A DNA stretch of 23,947 nucleotides from contig JBGGMJ010000051.1 of the NCBI GenBank assembly GCA_041288095.1, positions 1 to 23,947 of the forward strand, given 5' to 3'. Position numbers and translations under genes: made by a program. Source of the DNA: Myxococcota bacterium. GTDB lineage: Bacteria > Myxococcota > XYA12-FULL-58-9 > JALHOP01. This document shows positions 1 to 7,528 of this stretch, in pieces. Each line of letters opens with the position of its first letter. The first letter of the stretch is position 1. The notes under the pieces are model-generated. The model was not told where the DNA came from and made no database searches. It worked only from the letters and a program-made list of their open reading frames with translations.

Positions 1-1548
1 CGTACGCTGGCCCAGACCGGTAACGGCTGGATGACCTTCAAGGACGCGTCGAACGCCAAGTGCAATCAAACCGGCAACGGCGGCACCGACGGCAAGGTCG
101 TGCACAGCTCGAATCTCTGCACCGAGATCATCGAGGTGACGAACGCCGGCGAGACCGCGGTCTGCAACTTGGGCTCGGTCAACCTCGGCTCGTTCGTTCG
201 CCAGGTGAACAACCAGCTCGAGTTCGACTACGAGGCGCTGCGCACCTGCGTGCGCATCGCGGTGAAGTACTTGGACCGCGTCATCGACATCAACTACTAC
301 CCCACCGACGAAGCCGGCGCGTCCAACAACCGTTGGCGTCCGGTGGGCCTCGGCCTCATGGGTCTGCAAGACGTCTTCTTCAAGATGCGTCTGCCCTTCG
401 AGAGCCCACAGGCGCGTGAGCTGTCGAAGCGCATCCAAGAGGAGATCTACTTCGCGGCGCTGACGATGTCGTGCGACCTCGCCGAGCAGCTCGGCCCGCA
501 CAAGGCGTTCGCGGAGACCCGCGCCGCCAAGGGCGAGTTCCAGTTCGATCTCTGGAACGTGAAGCCCGTCGGCATGGAGCGTTGGAATCAGCTGCGCGAG
601 CGCATGATGAAGGTTGGTCTGCGCAACTCGTTGCTCATTGCCATTGCGCCGACGGCGACCATCGCGTCGATCGCCGGCTGCTACGAGTGCATCGAGCCGC
701 AGGTGTCGAACCTGTTCAAGCGCGAGACCCTCTCGGGCGACTTTTTGCAGGTGAACACCTATCTCATCAATGACCTGAAGAAGCTGGGCATGTGGACCGA
801 GGAGATGCGCAACCGCATCAAGCAGGCCGACGGCTCGATTCAGGGCATCGACGAGATCCCGGCCGACCTGCGCACCGTGTACCGGACGGTCTGGGAGATT
901 CCGCAGAAGGCCCTGGTCGACATGGCCGCCGAGCGCGGTCCGTACATCGATCAGTCGCAGTCGTTGAACCTGTTCATCGAGACGCCGACCATCGGCAAGC
1001 TGTCGTCGATGTACGCCTACGCTTGGAAGGCGGGGTTGAAGACCACGTATTACCTGCGTTCGCGCCCGGCGACGCGCATCGCTCAAACCACCGCGTCGAA
1101 CGACGGCGGCATGAGCACGCGGAGCTCGGGTTCGGCCGGCGGCATGGCGGCGAGCGGCGCACAAAGCGGCGCGGCGGCGGCGAGCACGAGCAGCGCGGTG
1201 AATGCCACGGCGGTAAGCGCTTCGGCGCCGGCCCCGAGCACCACCGAAGAGGCGCCCGCGGCAACGAGCGAAGCAGTAGGCACGACCTCGGTGACGAGCG
1301 CCGAGCCGACTGCTCTCAGCGCCACCACGTCGACCATGGTCATGGCACGTTCGGTGTCGGACAGTGTCGCCGAGCTAGCGTCCGCAGCGGCGGACACGAC
1401 GCCGGCGACGAGCGCCGATATCGACCTCGGTGATCTGGTGCGCGACGACACGCCGATCGCACTCGGCTTCGAAGGGGCGGAGCGCTCGGATCTCGAGATC
1501 ATCGCGTGCTCGCTCGAAAACCCCGAGGCCTGCGAGGCCTGTCAGTAA
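1..1548 (+). CDS. nrdA: Ribonucleoside-diphosphate reductase class Ia alpha subunit, 5'-truncated by the window
   Basis: Frame open from base 1 (RTLAQTGNGWMTFKD). Motifs SSNLCTEI (thiyl-radical Cys with Asn/Glu), VCNLGS, APTAT, DQSQSLN, LKTTYYLR (radical-transfer YY) and C-terminal CEAC. Confidence 0.97.
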   Translation, partial: RTLAQTGNGWMTFKDASNAKCNQTGNGGTDGKVVHSSNLCTEIIEVTNAGETAVCNLGSVNLGSFVRQVNNQLEFDYEALRTCVRIAVKYLDRVIDINYYPTDEAGASNNRWRPVGLGLMGLQDVFFKMRLPFESPQARELSKRIQEEIYFAALTMSCDLAEQLGPHKAFAETRAAKGEFQFDLWNVKPVGMERWNQLRERMMKVGLRNSLLIAIAPTATIASIAGCYECIEPQVSNLFKRETLSGDFLQVNTYLINDLKKLGMWTEEMRNRIKQADGSIQGIDEIPADLRTVYRTVWEIPQKALVDMAAERGPYIDQSQSLNLFIETPTIGKLSSMYAYAWKAGLKTTYYLRSRPATRIAQTTASNDGGMSTRSSGSAGGMAASGAQSGAAAASTSSAVNATAVSASAPAPSTTEEAPAATSEAVGTTSVTSAEPTALSATTSTMVMARSVSDSVAELASAAADTTPATSADIDLGDLVRDDTPIALGFEGAERSDLEIIACSLENPEACEACQ

Positions 1549-1570
1549 CGGTTCGCCCGCGGCTCTGCCG

Positions 1571-1669
1571 CGGCAGGCCCCGTAAGGTCTCTCGTTCGTT
1601 ATCGCGCGTGGCTGCGTAGGCGCCGTGTGCGCGGAAGCGAACGAGACCTTACGGGGCGTCCGTTTTTTT
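1571..1669 (+). terminator. Long hairpin plus T7 tract, likely intrinsic terminator of nrdA
   Basis: Perfect 15-bp inverted repeat GCCCCGTAAGGTCTC (1577-1591) / GAGACCTTACGGGGC (1643-1657), further interrupted pairing inside, then TTTTTTT at 1663-1669. Confidence 0.75.
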
Positions 1670-1712
1670 AGGGAATGCCGTTCGGACACTTCGCATCGCC
1701 GCGCGGTCGGGT

Positions 1713-2396
1713 ATGCTGTTCGCGATGGGTCCCATCGATCGTATCCCCCGGCTCGACCCTGCTGCCGTCAACGGCATCGAGCATGACGATGAGTCCGGTG
1801 ACCCGGCGCCGCCGCTACACCGTGTGGTCCTTCCCATGCACACGCCGCGGGCGCTCCACGTGCTGGGGCTGGTCGACGCGCCCCGCGTAGCCCTGCCGGG
1901 GCCAGTCGCCGGAGACGTACCGGACGCGGTGAACGTGTCGACAGGCCGCTTCGGCGTGCTCACCCGCAACACGCCCGGCCAGGTGCTTCAGACCGCGGGC
2001 GCCGCGCCTTGCGTCATCGTAGTGCTCCACGACGCGAGGAACGGCGTGGCCGCCATGGCGCACTTCCACCCGATGCAAGACCCCGTGCGCTCCGTCGAAG
2101 CGATGGTCCAAGCTGCCCGCGCCGCCGGCCTCGACCCCGCGCAAACCACCGCGCACGTCGCCGGAGGTCGCAACGATGCGCCGGAGCTACCAGGCCGCGT
2201 CCTTGCCGCGCTCGCGCCTCACCGGTTCAGACGAGGCCAGCAGGACTTGCTGGGGATGGAGGTCCGAGCAGTGCAGTTTCATCTGCGCAGCGGCCGCATC
2301 GAGAGCTACTTGGAGACCTGGAACGACCGGGCGCCCGCGCCCAATGACGGACCGGTCGCGGAGCTGGAGCGGCATCCGCGAGCGTGGCGGCCGTAA
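1713..2396 (+). CDS. CheD/NTAN1-like (CNF1/YfiH fold) putative cysteine deamidase; start could be ATG 1725
   Basis: LQTAGAAPCVIVVLHD...VAAMAHF with Cys100 and His117, 17 residues apart as in CheD, and a later AHVAGG strand-GG motif. Confidence 0.6.
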   Translation: MLFAMGPIDRIPRLDPAAVNGIEHDDESGDPAPPLHRVVLPMHTPRALHVLGLVDAPRVALPGPVAGDVPDAVNVSTGRFGVLTRNTPGQVLQTAGAAPCVIVVLHDARNGVAAMAHFHPMQDPVRSVEAMVQAARAAGLDPAQTTAHVAGGRNDAPELPGRVLAALAPHRFRRGQQDLLGMEVRAVQFHLRSGRIESYLETWNDRAPAPNDGPVAELERHPRAWRP

Positions 2397-3548
2397 CTAC
2401 GGCGTCGGTCGCGCGAAGCCGGACGTGCTGAACCCGAGGGCGTTCCAATCCACGACCTCTCCACGTTCGTGTGCCGCGAACGTCCCGTCGAGGATGATGG
2501 CGATCGACTCGTAGATGGTCGCGGGCAACGGCTGCGGGCTGCTCATCACCGCCACCGCATCGAGCGACACACTGCCCTTCATGATGAAGAGCTCGACGAT
2601 GTTCCGGGCGCGCTGCTCGAGCTGGCCGCGCTGGTTGTAGTCACCGTTCTCGAGCAGCTCGAGGCTCGTCAAGCCGCCGAAAAGGTCATCGTAGTAGATC
2701 GACGAGAAGCAGGCCGTATTGCCATCGGCGGCGGTGCAGACGAAGGCACCACCGTTAGCTGGGTCCGAGCCACACGTCGGCTCCTCGCAAGCATCGCCGT
2801 CGAGACAGCCCACGCCGCGCGCGTCGTCACAGAGCGCCCCATCCTCACAGACGCCGGCGGCGAGAACGCAGGCGCGGTAATCGATGTCTTCGCAGAGACG
2901 ATCGATCATATCGGGGAAGCCGGCGTCTAGGTCGACCTCATCGGCGGTACATACCGGCCCCGGCGCGTAGCGGCCGAGCAGCACCAAGACATAGGGCGCC
3001 GTCGCACAAGCGAGCACCTCCGCCGCGAGCGCGCTTTCCAAGGTGGCATGCGCGGCGTTCATGGACGCCTGCAGATCGAATTGCGTGTCGAGCTCCGCTG
3101 GGCCGAGGAGAGCGTCGAGGTCGGCGCCGGCCCACGCCTCGTCACGCGCCGCGTCGAACCAAGCGCTCGTACGCACCGCCGCGCTGCCGGCGATCAAAGC
3201 CACTCTCGTCTGCGATTGCGTACGCAATATCTCGAGCAAGGAGAGAACATCCTCGCGCGGCGAGATCTCGGGGTCCACGGCGGTGTCGTTGAAGATCAGC
3301 AGCACGCGCGGCGCAGGTGCCACGCAATCCTCGTCGGTGGGCGCCGCATCGCCGTCGAAATCACCGATATCGACATGCGTATCGCCATCCCCTTCGTCAC
3401 CGGGATCGCCGTCCTCGTCCGTCTCCGCCACCATATCCTCGTCGGCATCGCCGTCGTCCGAGGGTTGCGGACCGGACGAGCACGCAAAGGCGCCCGCCAG
3501 GACGAGCATGGCGGCGACCGAATGGGGCAGGCTGCGATGAACGGCCAT
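2397..3548 (-). CDS. Acidic Cys-rich lipoprotein with a degenerate vWA-like domain
   Basis: Signal peptide with lipobox (LAGAFA-C), Asp/Glu-rich linker, hydrophobic strands RVLLIF, RVALI and YVLVLL, and a 10-Cys insertion. Stop abuts the stop of the convergent gene. Confidence 0.65.
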   Translation of the reverse strand: MAVHRSLPHSVAAMLVLAGAFACSSGPQPSDDGDADEDMVAETDEDGDPGDEGDGDTHVDIGDFDGDAAPTDEDCVAPAPRVLLIFNDTAVDPEISPREDVLSLLEILRTQSQTRVALIAGSAAVRTSAWFDAARDEAWAGADLDALLGPAELDTQFDLQASMNAAHATLESALAAEVLACATAPYVLVLLGRYAPGPVCTADEVDLDAGFPDMIDRLCEDIDYRACVLAAGVCEDGALCDDARGVGCLDGDACEEPTCGSDPANGGAFVCTAADGNTACFSSIYYDDLFGGLTSLELLENGDYNQRGQLEQRARNIVELFIMKGSVSLDAVAVMSSPQPLPATIYESIAIILDGTFAAHERGEVVDWNALGFSTSGFARPTP

Positions 3549-3551
3549 CGG

Positions 3552-4916
3552 CTACCGCTTCGTCTGCACGTGACCCGACTTCGCAAGCACGAACCTGCGC
3601 AAGCCCTCGAGCGTTCCCAGCGCCTGCACGCGCCCCACCGAAGAGCTCGAGGCGACGATCCGCGTCAGACTGTCGATGGTCGCCAGGCACTGCTCTACTC
3701 GCTCCGCGTTGCGGTCGAGCTCCAAGCGCTCGTCGGTCTCGCCGCGAGGCCGTAGCTCCGCGATAGCGTCCATTGCCTCCTGCGCATGAACACCGTTGGG
3801 ATACCGCGCCAGGTATTCACCCCAGTAGGCCCGTGACCGCGCCACCGCGCAGGCGATTTCACGGCCGCAGATCTTCGGGACCGCCGAATACGCGGCCGCC
3901 GTCCACGCGAGCGCCTCCGCGGCAGGCTCGCCGCGATATTTCTCCTCGGCTGCCCACATGTCGCCGGCACGCACCGCGTAGCCGTCGGGATCCCAGTCGA
4001 GCTGTCCGCCATAGCGTTGCATGAAGCCCTTGTAGGGCTCGCCGAGCTTGTCGCTACGCTCGACCATCTCGGCGGCGCGACCCAAGGCGATGGCGCGCGC
4101 CAAAACCAGCTCGGCGGCGTCGCGGCTGCTCCCGGACTCGGCAAGCGCCTTGGTCAAGCAGGCCACGTAGTCGACGCGCTCGAGGAAACGTTCGCGCGTT
4201 CCCGAGGCCTCATCCTCCGCCTCGCGCGCGACGCCGCAGCAGCGTAGATAGCCCAGGCCTTCCTGTCCGGACGCGACCTCGTGCGTCGCGCTCTCGAGGA
4301 TCCAGCCCTTTTTGCCCTCGGCCTCGACGTGCAGCCAGTCGGAGACATCGCCGTTGCCGGCGAGCCCAGGTTGACCGCGCTTCACCAGCTTCAAGCGCGT
4401 CCCCACGGGCAAACGCGCCACCGCGCCGGAGTCTTCGTTAGCGGACTTGTGCAAGGCGTAGCGCGGCCGGCAGCTCAAGCGCTGGCGCGGGCGGTTATCC
4501 ACCGCGGCCTTCGCGTCGTCCTTCTTGGGTTCCGCCGCGGCGGGCGGGTCGTCGGGATCGGGCGCGAACGGGTCGAGTGCTTTACCCATGACGGTATCGA
4601 AGGCCGCGTCGGCGCGATGGGCGTCGTCGACGTCGTATTCGGCGTCGTAGCCCTCCGGGTAGTCGAACAACCCGCGCTCCTTCGGCTCCGCGAGGCGGGA
4701 CGTATCCGGTAGGCGCGCCGGCATGGGCTGGTCGGGAACGACCGGTACGGCCTTGGGCTCCACCTTGGGCGGCGGCGCGCTGGTGATGATCTGCGGCGCG
4801 GGGCGCTCGCGCTTGCGCTCGCCCTCGTCCACCCGCTCCGTCGAGCAGCCGGCGGCGACGAGGATGGAAGCCCAAAACGCTGCCCCTATCGTCGGGCGCG
4901 CATACCTACGGGTCAT
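3552..4916 (-). CDS. Lipoprotein with bacterial SH3-like domain and helical C-terminal region
   Basis: ATG 4916 gives MTRRYAR...ILVAAG-C (lipobox). Pro-rich linker, then ALHKSANEDSGAVARLPVGTRL...WLHVEAEGKKGWI (SH3b pattern). Stop lies 3 bp before the next lipoprotein start. Confidence 0.7.
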   Translation of the reverse strand: MTRRYARPTIGAAFWASILVAAGCSTERVDEGERKRERPAPQIITSAPPPKVEPKAVPVVPDQPMPARLPDTSRLAEPKERGLFDYPEGYDAEYDVDDAHRADAAFDTVMGKALDPFAPDPDDPPAAAEPKKDDAKAAVDNRPRQRLSCRPRYALHKSANEDSGAVARLPVGTRLKLVKRGQPGLAGNGDVSDWLHVEAEGKKGWILESATHEVASGQEGLGYLRCCGVAREAEDEASGTRERFLERVDYVACLTKALAESGSSRDAAELVLARAIALGRAAEMVERSDKLGEPYKGFMQRYGGQLDWDPDGYAVRAGDMWAAEEKYRGEPAAEALAWTAAAYSAVPKICGREIACAVARSRAYWGEYLARYPNGVHAQEAMDAIAELRPRGETDERLELDRNAERVEQCLATIDSLTRIVASSSSVGRVQALGTLEGLRRFVLAKSGHVQTKR

Positions 4917-5012
4917 GCCCCTAACTTTCGACGGCTCGGCCGCGATTGTCAAAGGCCGGCGCGACACCCGACGCGTTGCATCCCTTTCGCCGACGCGCTA
5001 GCGATGCGCCCG

Positions 5013-5684
5013 ATGTCGCGATCATTCACCCTGACCGGCCCCGTCCTCGAATACGTCCAAAATCTGGGGGTGCGTGAGCATCCTGCCCTGGTCCGCTGCC
5101 GCGAGGACACGCAGCGCATGGCGGACGCGAGCATGCAGGTCAGCGCCGAGCAGGGCGCCTTCATGCAAACGATGGTCGCGGCGACACACGCACGGCGCGC
5201 CGTCGAGGTCGGCGTCTTTACGGGCTACTCGTCGCTCGCGGTCGCGCTCACCATGAAGGAGCTGCACGGCAGCGAGGCCAAGCTCATCGCTTGCGACATC
5301 TCCGAGGACTACGCGCGCAAGGCGCGAGACTACTGGCGTGAGGCTGGTGTCGACGATGTCATCGACCTGCGGATCGGCTCGGCCATCGACACCCTCGATC
5401 GCCTCATCGCCGAGGGCGGCGCCGGCACCTTCGATCTCGCCTTCATCGACGCCGACAAGACATCTTATGGCCGCTACTACGAGCAGTGCCTCGAGCTCCT
5501 GCGGCGCGGCGGCATGCTGCTCGTCGACAACATGTTGTGGAGCGGCGATGTCGCCGACCCGACGAATCGCGAGCCAAATACCGCCGCCTTGCGCGAGCTC
5601 GCGAAGACCATTCACGCCGACAAGCGCGTGATCATGACGCTCGCGACCATCGGCGACGGCGTGTCGATCGTGGTCAAACGCTGA
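5013..5684 (+). CDS. SAM-dependent O-methyltransferase, caffeoyl-CoA/COMT-like family; alternative start 5004
   Basis: MQVSAEQG, VEVGVFTGYS, FDLAFIDADK and VDNMLWSG motifs. Confidence 0.93.
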   Translation: MSRSFTLTGPVLEYVQNLGVREHPALVRCREDTQRMADASMQVSAEQGAFMQTMVAATHARRAVEVGVFTGYSSLAVALTMKELHGSEAKLIACDISEDYARKARDYWREAGVDDVIDLRIGSAIDTLDRLIAEGGAGTFDLAFIDADKTSYGRYYEQCLELLRRGGMLLVDNMLWSGDVADPTNREPNTAALRELAKTIHADKRVIMTLATIGDGVSIVVKR

Positions 5685-5827
5685 CCGTTACTGCGATCGT
5701 TTTTGATCGCGCGTGCGATCGAAACCCGATTTGAAGTTGGTTTGACGCGCTCCGGGCGGCCATGATCAGAAATGATCAGGGGGCACTGATAGATGTCCTC
5801 TATCGACTTCTGTTCGTGGAGGTTTCC

Positions 5828-6826
5828 ATGATTCTCGACCCCGGCTTCAACCTCACGCTCCGCCCAATGAACTATCCCGCGTTCTACGAGATGTTTCTCA
5901 GCGGGATCAAAAACACCTGGACGGTCGACGAAGTCGATTTCTCCACCGATGTCGCTGACTTGCACAATCGCCTACTCCCGGCCGAGCGCCACATGGTGCA
6001 TCGACTCGTCGCCTTCTTCGCGACCGGCGACAGCATCGTCTCGAACAACCTCGTGCTGAACCTCTACAAGCACATCAACTCGCCCGAAGCGCGCATGTAC
6101 CTTTCGCGCCAGCTCTACGAAGAGGCGTTGCACGTTCAGTTCTATCTGACGCTGCTCGACACCTATATCCCGGACATCAAGGAGCGCGAGCGCGCCTTTT
6201 CCGCGGTCGCCAGCATCCCCTCCATCAAGCGGAAGGCCGACTTCTGCTTCAAGTGGATCGACTCCATCAACGAGCTGCATTCGCTCGACACCGACGCACA
6301 GAAGCGCCAGTTCTTGCTGAACCTGGTGTGCTTCGCGGCGTGCATCGAAGGCCTCTTCTTCTTTGCCGCGTTTGCCTACGTCTACTTCATGCGCTCCAAG
6401 GGCCTCTTGGGCGGTCTCGCCTCCGGCACCAACTGGGTGTTCCGCGACGAGAGCTGCCACATGACCTTCGCGTTCGAGGTGGTCGAGACCGTGCGCCGCG
6501 AAGCGCCGCATCTCTTCGACGCCGAGCTCAAGGCCGACATCGTCACGATGCTGCAGGAAGCCGTCGACTGCGAGACCCAGTTCGCCGAGGACCTCCTGGG
6601 CGAGGGCGTCCCGGGCCTCTCGGTTCGCGATATGCGCCAGTACCTCGAGTTCATGGCCGACCAGCGTCTCCAAAACCTGGGCCTGACCCGAGTCTTCAAC
6701 GTGAAGAACCCCTTCTCGTTCATGGAGCTGCAGGACGTGCAGGAGCTGTCGAACTTCTTCGAGCGCCGGGTGTCCGCCTACCAGACCGGTATCAGCGGCG
6801 ACGTGTCGTTCGGCGAGGCTTTCTAG
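5828..6826 (+). CDS. nrdB: Ribonucleoside-diphosphate reductase class Ia beta subunit
   Basis: GGAGG at 5818-5822 before ATG 5828. Di-metal ligands FFATGD, EEALH, IEG, DESCH; radical Tyr (HVQFY); C-terminal NFFERRVSAY. Confidence 0.97.
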   Translation: MILDPGFNLTLRPMNYPAFYEMFLSGIKNTWTVDEVDFSTDVADLHNRLLPAERHMVHRLVAFFATGDSIVSNNLVLNLYKHINSPEARMYLSRQLYEEALHVQFYLTLLDTYIPDIKERERAFSAVASIPSIKRKADFCFKWIDSINELHSLDTDAQKRQFLLNLVCFAACIEGLFFFAAFAYVYFMRSKGLLGGLASGTNWVFRDESCHMTFAFEVVETVRREAPHLFDAELKADIVTMLQEAVDCETQFAEDLLGEGVPGLSVRDMRQYLEFMADQRLQNLGLTRVFNVKNPFSFMELQDVQELSNFFERRVSAYQTGISGDVSFGEAF

Positions 6827-6986
6827 GTCGCCGCGATAGACGCCTGGGTTGGTCCGTGGGGCTGTTTTGGGCTGTAAGGCAGCTCCGCCCTCTCAGGATC
6901 GAAAAAGCTGTTCCCGGGGCCGTTTACGCTTGCTTTTTTTGAACCGCGTCGGCATGAAAGCGCGCTCGATTCGCGAGGTCCCGTTT

Positions 6987-7217
6987 ATGTCTAGAGTTTG
7001 TGAAGTCACTGGCAAGCGTCCGATGAGCGGCAACAAAGTGTCGCACTCGAACATCAAAACGCGTCGCCGCAGCCTCCCCAATGTCCGCCAGCAGCGTTTC
7101 TGGGTCCCGAGCCAGAACCGGTTCGTGAAGCTCAAGGTGAGCGCGCGCGGCATCAAGATCATCAACAAGATCGGCATTGAGCAAGCGCTCAAGCAGATCG
7201 CCCAGCTTCAGGGCTAA
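6987..7217 (+). CDS. rpmB: 50S ribosomal protein L28, zinc-free long form
   Basis: [32 protein letters not shown]...; GAGG upstream of ATG 6987. Confidence 0.96.
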   Translation: MSRVCEVTGKRPMSGNKVSHSNIKTRRRSLPNVRQQRFWVPSQNRFVKLKVSARGIKIINKIGIEQALKQIAQLQG

Positions 7218-7229
7218 GCGAGAAACACC

Positions 7230-7382
7230 ATGCGCGAAAAGATCCGACTCAATTCGTCCGCCGGCACCGGTCACTTCTACACGACGTACAAGAACAAGAA
7301 GACCACGCCGGACAAGATCAAGAAGAAGAAGTACGACCCGGTCGTGCGCAAGCACGTCGAGTACGTCGAAGGCAAAATCTAA
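7230..7382 (+). CDS. rpmG: 50S ribosomal protein L33, Cys-free form (50 aa, not in the ORF track)
   Basis: Manual translation [50 protein letters not shown]; 12 bp after rpmB. Confidence 0.96.
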   Translation: MREKIRLNSSAGTGHFYTTYKNKKTTPDKIKKKKYDPVVRKHVEYVEGKI

Positions 7383-7412
7383 AGCCTTCGCTGGCGGTCC
7401 CCGCTAGCTTCG

Positions 7413-7466
7413 AAAAGCCGCGCTTCGCGAAGTGGTTCGCCACTCGCAGCGCGGCTTTCGTGTTTC
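7413..7466. terminator. Hairpin between convergent rpmG and mutS2, possibly a bidirectional terminator
   Basis: AAAGCCGCGCT (7414-7424) pairs with AGCGCGGCTTT (7448-7458); inner GTGG-TTCG-CCAC stem-loop; short A/T tracts on both sides. Confidence 0.7.
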
Positions 7467-7528
7467 TAGCGAGCCAGACCCCAGCCAGTCCCGCCTCGAG
7501 CTCTCGGCTATCGGCTGCAGCGACAAGC

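Noticed and set aside
1093-1503. Intein or intron in nrdA
   Set aside because: No intein terminal residues or endonuclease motifs; the insert is simple low-complexity sequence in frame.
5780-5805. Possible NrdR box upstream of nrdB (CACTGATAGATGTC)
   Set aside because: Poor match to the palindromic NrdR consensus and no tandem second box.
5828-6826. Non-canonical RNR beta subclass (Ic or Ie)
   Set aside because: Asp first ligand, radical Tyr and all carboxylate/His ligands are present, consistent with class Ia.
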